A DNA stretch of 64,000 bases from NCBI GenBank assembly GCA_013239625.1, contig MU054117.1:4392677-4456676 (forward strand), read 5' to 3'. Shown here one piece after another: positions 35,936 to 48,756 of the stretch (its first letter is position 1; each line of letters starts with the position of its first letter). The position numbers were made by a program, and so were the translations under genes. This DNA is from Lama guanicoe (lineage: Eukaryota). Below the pieces are notes generated by a model. It ran no database searches. It was not told the DNA's origin and worked only from the letters and a program-made list of their open reading frames with translations.

Positions 35936-36841
35936 AGAAACGCCACTCAGAAAGTGAGCTTACTGGACTCTTAAAGGGCAGCTGAGGGCGTCCCCGGGAG
36001 GCGGGTGCTTGGGCCCTCGCCTACCTCTTGCCTCATCCACAATTTAGGACCACAGAAAAATGCCAAAAGGCAACTCCATGGGAGTTTTCCAGCGATGGCC
36101 GCCACTGCCTGGGCTGTAGGGCAGTGCTTTGGGGCAGTCCCTGCACCACAGGACCAGCCCTGCAACCACAGGGACCAGGCACCTCGGCGGACACAGTAAC
36201 AGCCAGAGGAAAGACGAGACTCAGGAGTCCGGGTGTACCCCCACTTTCGGAGCGAGATGAGGCGGGGTCCAGCGTGGCCGTCTCCAGCTGGCCCTCATTC
36301 ATCTTTTCCTTGCCCAGAGGAAAAGTGGGAACGGTGCTCCAGCCCATTTCCTGGGAGGTCCCTGGAGGTATTAAATGGTTTCCAGAAAGCCTTAGCTAGA
36401 AGGGTGTTTTCTGATCATTTGCCTGCAGGATGGGAGTGGATTTCTGCAGACACAGCCACCTCCCTTAGAACGATTCTTGTGGCCTCGGCCATGTGCACCT
36501 GAAATCTGCCTAGGACTTCTCTCTCAGACAAGAGGAAAAGTCTGTCCTCCGGTCCAGCCTCTGGTCAGCCCTGGCCTGAGCTTAGCCCACTGAGGTGACT
36601 GCAGCGTGACGGTCAGGCAGGTCTTTCAGGGGTCCGCCAGCCCCTGCAGCCCACGCAGCCTCAGCCCGCGGCGGCAGCACGGCGACACAGGTCATCCCCC
36701 AGACCAGGCCAGGTCCCAAGACAAGACATCTCCAAGGATGCAGGTCAGAGGTGGAGCTACCACGTCCTCTCAGACCCAGTTTAGAGACACGGACCAGAAG
36801 CACTCAGCAAGCACTGGCTGTGTGGTCAACACAAAGGCAAT

Positions 36842-36955
36842 GGAGTCGGGGGTGGAGCTCAGTGGTAGAGTGTGTGCTTGGCGTGCACAAGGTCCTGGGT
36901 TCAATCTCCAGCACCTCCATTAAAAAAAGAAGTATTTTAAAAATTTTTTTAAAAT
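36842..36955 (+). mobile_element. tRNA-derived SINE (Vic-1-like, short form)
   Basis: gagctcagtggtagagtg...ggtcctgggttcaatctccagcacctcc plus A tail; TSD approx. aacacaaaggca / aatacaaaaggca. Confidence 0.9.
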
Positions 36956-38605
36956 ACAAAAGGCAGGTCTGACTAAGTCCTACCCCAGCTTTGGAGGGCA
37001 GAGTTCCAACTCATTAGGGAGGCAGCAAGGCCAGGCCTTCCATGATCGGAGCCCAGCCTCCCTCTCTGGTTCACCCCACCCTCTCCCAATCTCCCATATT
37101 ACTGATGGTTTCCTGAACACACCCTGACGTCTCAGTAAATTTCTCGCACACCTACACTGTCCAGGCACGGTCCCAGGCAGGGCACACGACAGAAAGCAGA
37201 CAGACTGGGTCCCAGCCCTAGTAAAGCCTCGCTGGGGAAGCTGTCCCTCTTCCCATCCCCTCCGCCCTCCCTCCTCTCCCCTGCTTTGGCCCCACTAACT
37301 CCTACTCACACCTCAGCTCAGGAGCCACCTCTTCCAGGAAGCCTTCTCTGATCAGTTTCCGACGTGTCCGCGCTGCTAGGTTAGCTGCTTCCACAGCTCT
37401 CTGGGCGCATCTACTCTTGTGCCAAAATTAGCTGTTTCTATGGCCATCTCCCCAGTTTCCCTGCAGCCTTTTCAAACATGGGAACTGTATCCCTAAGACA
37501 TACGCACCAGGCAATAAAGAAAGGCCAGGTCACCTCTGATAGTCAAGAACACGACGATGAGAAGGTCAGACCCCCTAGTTCTCGGGGCTTTTCATCTACC
37601 TGCACCAGATGTTCCCACGAGGAATGTTTACATAACAGCCCAAAGACACAGTCTCAGTTTAAGGGGGTCTTCCCAACGGTAAGGCCAACTGCAGCTGGAA
37701 GAAGCCTGCAGCTGAGATGCCGGGGAAGGAGGCACAGCCTGAACCAGGCTGTGGATGCTACACGGGACCTAGATTCAGGGCAGGAGGAAGGCCACGCCAG
37801 GCAAGGCCGACGGTATAGATTCAGGTGGGAGAAGAAATAGAGTAATTATGGTCGACCCGAACAGGGTGTTGCCAATGACGCCCCAGCAAAGGCACAGCTG
37901 CTCCAGGACACTGTTCTAATAGGTCCGTGGCCTCAGCTTCTCTTTCTAGATGACCTGGCCCCTGTCTTAGTCCCAACCTAACAGACTCTCCTTGAATATG
38001 TCTCTATTTTCTCCTAAGCTCCTGCCTCCAGACCCTTGGTTTGTTCCTCCCCGAGTAAAGTGCTCAGAGATGCCTTTCTGATTCGTCCCCAGTTACTCCA
38101 TCCGCTTTAGGGTTTGATGAGCAGGCTGGCCTCTGCGTCCAGGCCTGTTCCCACGTGTCCCCCTGGATCCCAAGCCATCCACGATTTAGGTGTCTTAGTT
38201 CGCCCTCTCGTCCGTGGGACCTGGGCACAGTCACGCACTGCAGTGTTGGGTGGGCCAGCAGAACACAAGCTCCTGGCCAGCTGGGCAGCTTCCTCTGGCC
38301 TCTCACCACCCACCCAAGGCTACTGAGCTACAGAGCCCGGGGCTGGACTTCCCCCCACGGACTCTCCGCCCACCTCCCTACTTTAAGGAGAGGCAGACCA
38401 GCCCCCTCCTCCCCTCTGCGTGCACTGCACTCCTTCCTAACCCAGCAAATAAACTTGTTTCAGAAGACATCATTCACCTGCTCCCACACGTTGCCCTTCA
38501 GAGGTCTGAAGACCCCCTTCAAAGACCACAAACCTCAGAGAAAGGCTGGATAAACACTGCCTTTCAGAGCTGGAAACTGAAGCATGGAGAGAGTAAAGCA
38601 TTCAC

Positions 38606-39100
38606 CAGGTCAGTTCTCAAAGTGTGGTCCAGGGATCACCCCCTACAGGCTCCCAAGATCCTTCCAGGCAGCCACGAGGTCAAAACTATTTTCATAATAA
38701 CACTGAGATGTTATTTGACCTTTATGCCCTCGTCATTTCGCAAATGCAGAGTGGAATTTTCCAGAGGCTACGTGATGTGCGGTTATCACTACAGCCCCAC
38801 CGCAGAAGCAGATGCAAGGCTGCAGCTCATTTCTCCCGAGCCAGACAGCAGAGGGATCTGCAAAACTGTGAAACAGTGCCAGTCTTCTCCCCAGACTTTT
38901 CTTGTTTGGAATACATCTTTATGTTTATTAAAAAGATGGGGTTCATGGTAAATAGAATCTGCTTCTTACTTTTAAATGAATTAATAGGTTTAAAATTTTC
39001 CATTTGAATAACTAACATGGTAACTTCCAACAGATATAATCCACAGAAGCAAAGCCTCTTCGGCATCCTCAGTCACCTTTAAGAGTGTGAAGGGGCCCTC
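38606..39100 (+). mobile_element. hAT-Charlie relic (Charlie4a-like)
   Basis: ttctcaaagtgtggtcc...ggtcaaaactattttcataataacact...gtggaattttccagaggctac. Confidence 0.75.
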
Positions 39101-39419
39101 CGTCTATTTAGCTTGCCAATGTGTACCAGTGAGGCAGTAACCGAGCTGGACTCAAACTCTGATTCCATCCCACAGGCCAGGCAGCTGCCACCAAACCACA
39201 GTTCAGCTGGTTTTCCACGTCCCCGACGCACCCACCCTTCCCACCTTGTTTCCTACCAATCAGATTAGAAAGCAGTGTCACACAGTGTAGACAGCCCAGG
39301 TTTCAGAAGTACGACGGGGCTGGAGTCCCAACCCCGTCACTTACAAAATGTGTGGCTTCAGGAAAATCATCTCCCCTCTCTACACTTTTGTTTCCTCACC
39401 CGTAAAAGAGGGAGATTGT

Positions 39420-39905
39420 GGAAGAGACTGAAAGTTGTCCAGGATGTATTCCTCCCTTCTCTCTTAGTCATTAAAGCCTTGGTTGTCAATCTTCCCCTGG
39501 ATACCTCACCACTGGGAATAAAGATTCCACTTCTTGGCCGCCTTTGCAGCTGGGAGTAGCCATAGGACTAAACTTTGCCCCGAGGGCAGGAGCAGGAGGG
39601 TGCTGTGCAACCCCCAGGAAGCAGCCTCAAAAGGAGAGGGTGCTTCTGTCTTCAACCCTTTCCTTCCTACTGCTGGAATGTGGTCGTGATGCCTGACGCT
39701 TGAGCTGCCATATTGGGCCATGAGGCTGAGGACAACAGAAAAACACGCCAGAAGGACCCTGCATCCCAACACCACGGCATCCGCATGGCCCTGGACATCC
39801 CACCCAGAGCTCCTTGACAACGAGAGAGAAATACACTTGTATGCAGCCTAAGCCATTCCTACTTTAGGTGTCTGGTCACAGAGGAAACTAGTCTTAACTA
39901 ACATA
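39420..39905 (+). mobile_element. Old MaLR LTR (MLT1I/J-like)
   Basis: gcctttgcagctgggagtagccat...gccatattgggccatgag...taagcca...cttaactaaca. Confidence 0.7.
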
Positions 39906-41349
39906 GACAGCAATGCCTGCCTTAGGCATGGCTGTAAGGTAAAAACTAAAGGAGGTCACACAGGGAGGCAGTCAAGTGCTTGCAGTAATTTTCACTGGCC
40001 TGCTGTCAGTACTAGCCAAACAGCTGGGAAATGGCTTCTCCTCAGCTCTCTGCTAAACCATTCTGGCAGGGAGACCAAAGAGGGTCAGCTAATCCACTTT
40101 CAGCATCTCCCTGGCTCCAATGCCCGGCATCAGCTCCTTCTCTCTTCCTGCATCTCTTGTCTGCAGTGCCAGAGGCTGGCGAGAGAGCGCCAGCCCAGCT
40201 CCGTCCAGCCATGACCTCACCCTGCCTGGGTGGGTGTGCAGACCCAACTGGGGCCCTGCTTCATTACATTTTCAGTTCATTAAAGAAGACCAGGCCTCTC
40301 CCTGGAGATGCCAAGCCTGTTGGAGGAAGAGGGGGAGCAACGCAGCACCTCTCCCCAGGGGCAGACGGGAAGGTGGGGAGAAAACACAGCAGCAGGAGGT
40401 CTGAGGCTTAGCTACTGTGCTGGTTTTCAAATGGCTGACAGAGGAGAAGGGGGTGGGGGCATTCCTAGGTCTGAAGTGAACAAAGAAAGCGGGGGCTAAT
40501 GTGGAAAGTGCGAGATTGTTCAGCCAGACCCTGGGGTGGGTGCCCTGAGGCTGTCCCCGGAGGCGGCATGGAGGCGCCAGGGCCTGAACTGGACCAAATG
40601 AGTGGGTTCAAGAATTCACCCCCAGGGCAGGGCACTGTTTCTTACTGGTCAGCCTGCAAGGATGGATGGGGGAGGGTTGCTGGTTCTATTTATAACTTCT
40701 GCCTGGCCTGGGATGCCCACCCACATTCTAAGACCTGGCTCAAAAGGACCCTGTGAAACTGGCTGATAGGATTTCCACTAAATGGATGGCTTTTGTGGAC
40801 TTGGACATTCCTCTCTCTGAGATGGTTGGGGAACAGTCCTCATGAGAAGTGGGGTAATTCGGTATGTTGCTGAAGCCCCCAGTGCCAAGAGAGATGGCCA
40901 CGGAGCTCTCCAAAGGACCCATCCCCCCTCTGCCCTGCTCTCCTGGGTGGCATCTGAGTTTCCAGAGACTGGGGCAGGGCCCAGCTGGCTGGGAGGGCAA
41001 GGGCCTAGGACCAGCCCCAGGATCTCAGTTTGGGAACCGCTCCATCCACCCATCCCTCGCGGATCAGGAAGGATAACCAGCTCTGTGATAAGACAGTGCA
41101 CGTGCCCCCCTCAACCCAGCAATCTCAACATCCTTTCATGAAACATTTCCTAAGTGTCTCTCTTTCATCCCCCTGGTGAGGACTGGAATCTGAAGGTGCC
41201 TATCAGCACAGACTTACTGAGATGTCTGCGTACTGACTCTGTCCAAGGCAGATCTGCAACCTTGTCCAGGGGCAAGACACACATGAGACACGAAACAACC
41301 GTGGAAGAGAACACCACAGACGCTCTGTTGGGTCAATAAAGGACCAGGT

Positions 41350-41945
41350 AGTGCAATGAAAGGATGCTGAGCTTGCTGGGTGGGGCGGGGGGGGGGCGGG
41401 GGGGCATGCACACCTTATCTGACCCTCCAGTGGGGTCGGCTGGTGCTCTCTGAAGTTTATAACAAAAGTGCTCTCTGAAGTTTATAACACCACCCCCCCA
41501 TTCCTGGGCTCTCAGTGTGCCTGGAGCCTACTGACCCCTTAACCCCCGACTCCCCGGGGCGGGACTCTCCGCATACCTGCATTTCTGCAAGAGAAAAGCA
41601 TCCTAACAAAGCTAAATGCCCCAGGAGACAGCCCAGCTCACAGCTCCCTGAGCAGTTGGCCTGACCTCCTGCCCTTATCAGAGTCCTAAATGCTATTATT
41701 CAGAGTCCCTGACAGTCAGGTACCTGTGTGCGAATTGATCAGTCAGCCCCCTACCCTTGTGGGCACAGCCCCCTCCCCTAATAAAAGACCCCGCCTGGCC
41801 ACCCTGCCGCTCACACAGGCACCCTTGTCTGTGTGGCCCGTGGCTGCCTGTAGCAGCGTATCTACTAAACTTCCCTTTGTTCTTAAATCCTAGTGGTCTT
41901 TGTTAAATTCTTTTGACCACCTGCATTGCCTTGTGTCCCACGACA
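41350..41945 (+). mobile_element. ERV solo LTR (family uncertain; 5' limit uncertain)
   Basis: TATA-like ctaataaaaga (~41778), degenerate polyA signal actaaac, U5-like gttaaattctttt, ends ...cgaca. Confidence 0.65.
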
Positions 41946-42228
41946 CCTCCTCCAGCATTGGTCAAACACCCTGAAAAGCCAAGTTCTGCTTAATTTGAGA
42001 GGAGTCTTGAAACTCTGTGGCAGCCCCCAGTCTCTGCCTTGAGGCTAGACCAAGGTCATGTCCCAGCACAAGCACAGGAGCTCACTGCCCCGTCTGCGGC
42101 CCTGGATTCAAGTGAAGGGGTTAGCTCCAAAAGGATTCTTGGATCTTGGCAAAACACACAAAAATAAATCCTCACTCCTTAGCCTACAGAAGACTTAAGA
42201 AAGAGACTCAGGGAAAAAGAGAAAAGGG

Positions 42229-42276
42229 AATGTGTGTGTGTCTGTGTGTACATGTGAGTGTGTGTGTGTGCTTGTG
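42229..42276. repeat. Imperfect (TG)n
   Basis: Directly visible. Confidence 0.9.
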
Positions 42277-42327
42277 TTCAAATCCCAACTTTGACCTAAG
42301 CATCACTGGGACATAGTGGGTGGGCAC

Positions 42328-42845
42328 TGGGAATGAAAAATATTGCCTGACTTATCAGTAAACAAAGGAGGTTGCAGCCAGCAAGCCACTATAGCCAGCC
42401 CCAACGTGAGCCCTGAGGGAACTCAGCCTGGAGACAAACCCTCAGGGCTGCCCAGCTGCCAAGCCCTCAGCCTCTGCAGCCACCCCCAATGGTGCCGAGG
42501 GGATCAGGATGGAAAAGAACAGGACACTGGCCCTAGATAGCTCGGTGCACATCAAAGGAATGATTGCAAGGAGCCCAGACTCTTGCATCTTCCTGTACAT
42601 AGAAAAGTGCTAAATTCATTAACTTGAGATATCTGATTTTCTTTAATTAACAGTCATCTTTTGACGTTTTGACTCCTTGGTCTTGGTGGCGAGAATTCCT
42701 ATATACCCTGGCTCCTCCCTGACCTCTTCGGAGCGGTCCCTTAGAGCTGAGAGGCCCGCCTCCCAGCCTCGAAGTCCTCAGAAAGTCCTCCTAAGAAAGC
42801 ATGATTCTCAGCTTTTAGGTTGTGCATTTTCTTTCCAATCAACCA
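42328..42845 (+). mobile_element. ERV1 solo LTR (artiodactyl LTR39-like), copy 1
   Basis: tgggaatgaaaaatattgcc...ggtgcacatcaaaggaatg...ttttaggttgtgcattt; homologous to 46703-47195. Confidence 0.85.
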
Positions 42846-42940
42846 GGTCAGGTCACGGTGCTGTCACCTGACAGCTATCTCCTCTGAGGGTCTTGGATTA
42901 CAAGGATCTTTCCTTGAGACTCGACCACAATCGGTTTCTC

Positions 42941-43518
42941 TGAGACAGGAGGGAAGGGGGCAGGGCAAAACCATTAAAAGAATGACACAGCAATTGAGGA
43001 TAGGATATGAACTGGTTAAAACCCAACTAGGCCCAGTACGGCAGGAAATTCAACTTCCAGTAGACCTTGAGGCCCAAGACGGTGGGAGATTTGACTCCCA
43101 GGAGCCCCTGAGCTTCATTGTAACACATTCGCTGCTAAATGGCACTCCCACGGGCGCCACGACAGTTTCAAGGCTGGCCATAAAAGGTCCCAAAGTGGGC
43201 AGGGGCCCAATTCCTGGAAATGGCTGCCCCTTCCCCAAAATTGCTGGAGTAATCCTCCCGCTCGCTAGCGTATGAAGTTGCCAAGCCCATGAAAACTAAC
43301 CACCCCACAGCTCCCGGCCCCCCTGGCCTTCTGAGGCAGCCCCACTCTGGCTACGGAATGTGTATCTCCCTGAATAAATCTGCTCTCACTCCACCACGAC
43401 TCACTCCTGAATTCTGTCCTGCGCGAAGCCAAGGACCCTCGCTTGATGGGGGGCGTCCCAGGGGCTCTCCTGAGACCTGGGACGTGGCCACCTTCTCGTG
43501 CCCCACTTTCCGGCACCA
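42941..43518 (+). mobile_element. ERV1 solo LTR (MER41-like), copy 1
   Basis: TGAGACAGGA...CA, AATAAA at 43373, TSD tctc/cctc; homologous to 57670-58301. Confidence 0.85.
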
Positions 43519-46500
43519 CCTCTATGAATTACAACTATTCTACCAAGCAAACGAATGTAACGAAACTCTTCCCAATCTCCAAGTCTATTCCCCAGGCCAA
43601 GTCACCCAATTAAGTGAGGCTGGGAAAGGAGGCAGAAAGGCCAGGAGGGGGCCTGGCCAGTGAGCCCCCGGCTCTGCTAGGGCACTTAGCCCCACCCCTA
43701 CCTCAGGTCCTCTGTGCTCAATCACCTCCTTCCAGGGCTGTGAGCACAAACAGTAGAGAGAGCTGGGAACTTTGCAAATACAAGGCTTGGGCAGCATTTC
43801 ATGAGGCTGTGACGAGTGAACTGCCTTGTCCCCAGCAGAATGAGTATTTCACGTGCCTCTCTGTGCTACAGAGGGGACATGTTATGGCCATTCAAAGCAA
43901 ACATGAGTATTTACAAACCTTAGCTGCAGTGGGGACAGGTGACTTCCGGCGGGGAAGAGGAAGTACAGGGGAACAGCGGCGCTTTCAGAGGAGGAGACGG
44001 GAGAAAAGGCACAGGTGTGACAGCAAAGGACAAAGAAATAAGCGTTATGTTCACCTCATAAACGCCAAATTCAGAGCCAGTGGGAACCAGGCCACCTGGG
44101 GCTGTCAGGTGACTTACGGGAGGACAACTGGATGTGGACTCCCAAGTAAGACCTGGAGAAACCAGACTGCAAGGATCTTGCTTCTCCAGGATTCAAGGGC
44201 CCTGAGGGAGGGTCTTATCTTAACTGAGGATACAAAGAAAGGGGAGACTTCTCAGGGAGCCAGAAAGGGCTGACAGGTCCGAGCTCTGCAGAAGGGCTGG
44301 GAAGACCCCAGCAAGGCTGTCCCAAAGCCTTGACTCTCAAAGTCCGGGTTACGGCACCACCTGTCTACCTGGATATAGCCTGTGGGGCGTGTTCATGCAG
44401 TGGGCAGGGGGCTGGACTAGATCGCTCCCGGAATCTCATATCCCTCTGGGTTATTATAAGCCTAAGATTCCCAGCATTGATGGAAAGAAAGACTAGTCAT
44501 CTTGAGAACCACTTCTGAGGTTGGAGAGAACTCTATGGGCCAAGGGCATAAAAGTGGCCTCCCACTCAGATCGCAGCAGCAGAAGCAGGAGAGGGCCCTC
44601 CCTCTCCGGAGGAGGTGATTCTAAGGAAGAGCAGGGTTGCAGGGACTACACCTACCAAGGGAAGCGAGGCCAAGGTCATGGCCATTGTGTATTACTCTGC
44701 AAGTCACACAGTGCGGTGGCAACACACCCAAGGCTACACGAGTACGTAGGTTCTATGCACATTAATCATGTTTACTATAGCAAGTTCCCAGCAGGTGATG
44801 GTAAAGCATCTTGAGAAAGGGGTGCCTCTTCCTAATTAGCAAGAGCATCGCGTGGACGAGCTTCCGCCCAGGTCCAGCCTCCCGGAGCCAGGGGCTTCAC
44901 GTTGCGGCGGGAAGCAGAACAAAGACAAGATCCCTGTGTGAGGTTCAGCCCTTGCTGGTATTCCCCAGGCTGACAGTTAAAAAATTTCTTCTTTAAGTGA
45001 CCTAAGGATCTTTCTAAAGCGTTCATTGTGTAGTAGAGTTACCTGCAGATGAACACTAATTATTTGCACATCCATAGTTTGGCGCTTTTTATTATGCGGC
45101 CTTCACCCTGAGCTCCAGCAGTCCTGCCCCCTGAAAAGCTGAAAAAAACTGCAAATCTGTGTGCAATCACACAAGCCATTTTCAGCCCCAGCAGAGAGGC
45201 TCTGGGTTTGTTGGCATAACAAACAGTCATCCCCAGGGCATAAGTAACATGACCTGGCTCTCAGGACGAGTGGATTGCTTGTGCCGCCTTGGAAAGGCAG
45301 GAAGCGCCAAAGAAGTGGGACAATCGATTCTGGCGGCTCAAGGGACGCTCTGAGATCAGTGCCGCCTCCCCCACAGAGCTCTCGGCCACTGCAAACGGCT
45401 CCCGCAGTCACAGCGGCAAACTGCTGTAAATGATGCCCATTAACCAGACCCGACTTCTGAGCCCGGGGGCCCCATGGGACCAAGCAGGCTGTGGACAATC
45501 CCGCAGACCACAGCAGTCACCTCCCAGGAGATGTCTTTGTGCTTCCCATCCAGTGAGGCTGCCCTGGTCCTGGGCAAACACAGCCTGATTGGCTGAGACA
45601 CAAAGCAGGCCCCTCCTCTCAGGTAAACAGCCTGAAATAGGACGGGAGCTGAAGGAGCTTGTGCCTCAGGAGGTCTGAGTGTCTGGGGGCCTCGGGCCAG
45701 GACTAAGAACTTGGTAACCAACTTCTTAACCTGCTCCCTGGACACTGGTTAGTAAGAACCTTAACACACTCAGGAGACAAAGGGAGTAACAAGCGTGCAG
45801 CTGGGGCCTCCAAAGGTCCCCTGGAGACGAGGCTTCTCTGGGTTGTCCCTCCCCCACCCCTTTGTCTCTGGGAGACCGAGTGCCTGGCTGCCCCTTCTGC
45901 TCGGACTCAGGATCAGGCTGCCTGTGCGAAAACCCTGCCTATACCTCCCACTTCTTAGGGGTAAGTGAGAGTATCGCTTCGTACTCTGAGGAGGGTATTC
46001 TGCGCTGCCTGTGTTTGCAAAATAAAGTGAGACAGAGCCCAGGCCCTGGGAATCAGAGGTCCCTGCGTGCCCTCCACCTGCCTCACCAGTTGAGCCCCCA
46101 CGCCCACCCCACCCCCACAATCCCACTCCTCCCTGCAGAACAGGAAGGGAGGGAGATGGCAAACCAGCAGCCAACCATAGAAGTGTTTGGAAATAAAAGA
46201 AAGAAGTGATAAAACCCCGCCTCCCCTCCACCCCACCGCAAGCACACGTTCTTTTCAGCCTGAAATTCACCAGAGTTATAAGCAGCTCCGGAAGAGAAGC
46301 TGGCTTCCGCACACACGGACGTGTTTAGTCACTTTGCTCTCCTAACCCTGAGCTGGGCTCAGCTCCCCGAAACAAGTGGGGTTATGGCTGGGAGGAGGGC
46401 AGGAGAGACAGAAAGAATTTTAAGCTGGTGCTGAAAGTACTGCGTGTGCTTGGCCCGCTTCTCCAACTCCTGCTCTCAAAGCGCGGCCCCTCCAGGGGCA

Positions 46501-46702
46501 CACGGACACCGGAGGACGCCAGGAGTCCACACGTAATGATAGCAACAGCAACAGCTCCGATAACCGAGCCCCGCCATGTACTATCTGATCCTCCCAGAGG
46601 CCCCGTTCAGCAGGTACGCATCCTGGGCCCATCTTACGTTTGTGGAAGGTGAAGCTTGGAGAAGGCAAGCATCTCACCCCAAGTTACAAAGCCGGTAAAT
46701 GG

Positions 46703-47195
46703 TGTGAATGAAAAATATCGCCAGCCATATCAGCAAACAAGGGATACTGCCGCCATCAAGTCATCAGCTGCTACCGCTGCCCTGACAGTGAGCGGAGGGA
46801 ACTCAGGCAGCCCATTCTCTGCTGCCACCCCTAGTGGTGCCCCCAAGGGGACTCAGGATGGGAAAGCATAGGACACTGGCCCCAGACAGCTAAGGTGCAC
46901 ATCAAAGGAATGGTTTCAATGAGCCCAGACTCTTGTCCCTTCCTATTCATAGACAAGCGCTGAATTCCCTAACTTGAGATGTCCAGTTTTCTTTAATTAA
47001 CATTAATCTTTGGATGGTCTAGACTAGCTGGTCTTTGTTGCAAAAACCCCTACATATTCCGGCTTCTCCCTTGCCTCTCTGACGTCTCTTAGAGCAATCT
47101 GAGAGGCTACCTCCCGAGCTCGAGTCCTCAGAAAGTCCACTGAATAAAACTCACTCTCAACTTTTAGGTTATGCATTTGGTTTTTTTAGTCGACA
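46703..47195 (+). mobile_element. ERV1 solo LTR (LTR39-like), copy 2
   Basis: TG...CA termini, perfect 4-bp TSD atgg, AATAAA at 47143. Confidence 0.9.
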
Positions 47196-47948
47196 ATGGC
47201 CTGACCCCAAACCCACGCCCTTAGCAGAATGCTGAGGCCCGGGGAGGGGAACACAGGGCGCTACAAGGGCAAGCGTCCGCTACTCCAAAGCTTTCCTGGA
47301 AAGAGGAACCTCCTCCCTTCCCGACAGCACCGCCCTCTGCCCAGCTAGAGCTCGTCTGCCTCGGTCGGTTGCCAGTCCTGGGCTATGCTCTGGGTGACAC
47401 TGGACACCACTGAAACCCTAGAAACCCAAGAAAAAGGGGCGTCTGGAGTGTACTTGTTGATAAACTGGAAATTGTGCTTCCAGTTTAGGCAGGTGGGTTG
47501 AGCATCAACCCAGAACATTTTCCTGGGCCTGACATACTCCTTGGTTCAGAAGATCAGATTTTGCTCCCGCTAGGTAGGGGTGGGGAAGGGAAAGGGGTAT
47601 TGTGTGTTGGGGGGGTGTGGGGGTGTGTGTTTTATTTTGCTTCTGGAGTAGGAGAGGGCTGGAGTTTCTCTACTTATACAAAGATTTGGTTCTGCAGGTG
47701 ATGGACTCAGGTTATTATTGGAGGTAGTCACAGTGTAGATAGACTACACGCTCTAATTCGCATTCATGCGTCCAAGCTAGCGGCTTCAGGCCCGTCCCCA
47801 CCCCTTCCTCGCACCAGCTCCCGCCCCCTCTGAACCAAGTGTAAAGGAACCCCCTTCCTACTGATGGGCTGCTGAAAACTTGGGGCCTTGCCCCCCATTT
47901 ATACTTTATAACAGTCACTTACTGAGCACTTAAAAAGGAATGGCTTTC

Positions 47949-48280
47949 CAGACTCACAAAGGAAACAAACGTGTGGTTACCAGGGAGGAAGTGGGCGCCG
48001 AGGGAGAGATAAACTAGGAGTTGAGTATTTGTAGATACTAATTACTCTATATAGAATAGATGAACAGCAAGATCCTACTGGAGAGCACAGAGAACTGTAT
48101 TCACTTCTTCGTGATACTTTGTAATAATGAAAAAGAATATGGCAAGAAATATACATGTATATATATATATAAAATATATATATAGCTGAGTCACTATGCT
48201 GTACACCAGAAGCTAACACAACATTGTAAACTGACTATACTTCAATTAAAACATTTTTTTTAATTAAAAAAAAAGAAAAA
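47949..48280 (+). mobile_element. 5'-truncated artiodactyl-type L1 3' end with internal (TA)n
   Basis: cagactcaca...gtggttacca...tcactatgctgtacaccagaagctaacacaacattgtaaa...tatacttcaattaaaa plus A tail. Confidence 0.9.
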
Positions 48281-48634
48281 TTTTTGACTGCAGAATTTCA
48301 GACAGGTGGCAGTGATGACGGTGCGATTTGGGGACGAGAGGGCCTTGGAATGTAAAACAGAACAGTATAGACATTTGCTGTACCAACTCATTAGACCAGG
48401 CCCATCTTAAGAGCTTCAGGCCCAGAATGGTATTAGAATTCAAGTTAACCAGACTCTGGTCAGAGCTGGGTTTCAGAAGGAAAGGGGCACAAGGGACACT
48501 GAGCAGCCAGAGGGCCCCACAGTGGTAGTGCCACCCCTCCCCTCGATGGAGGACCTGGGCCTAAATGTCATTCTGCCTCTTGACCCCAGAAGCCCCACAC
48601 CACCCAGACCACATCCAGCCAGGGCCGGACCCAC

Positions 48635-48756
48635 CTTCTGCATTTCAGAGGAGACGTTGCAGGAGCTGCTTGGGGGGGACGCCCGCTGGCACCGCTGTTC
48701 CCCACTGCTCAGGGCCCAGGAGTTGGCAAAGTCGTAGGGATCTGAGGTCAAGGTCC
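48635..48756 (-). CDS. VWF: VWF exon 6 (122 nt)
   Basis: tctccacag|GGACC...GAAG|gtgggt; [41 protein letters not shown]. Confidence 0.97.

Noticed and set aside
38214..38951. 245-aa plus-strand ORF
   Set aside because: Runs through a non-coding Charlie-type relic and has no recognisable domain; chance ORF.
42328..47195. Two same-family, same-orientation LTRs about 4.4 kb apart as a single provirus
   Set aside because: Copy 2 has its own perfect 4-bp TSD (atgg), the copies differ by large indels, and the interval shows no gag/pol/env-like ORF or recognisable primer-binding site. They are best read as independent solo LTRs.
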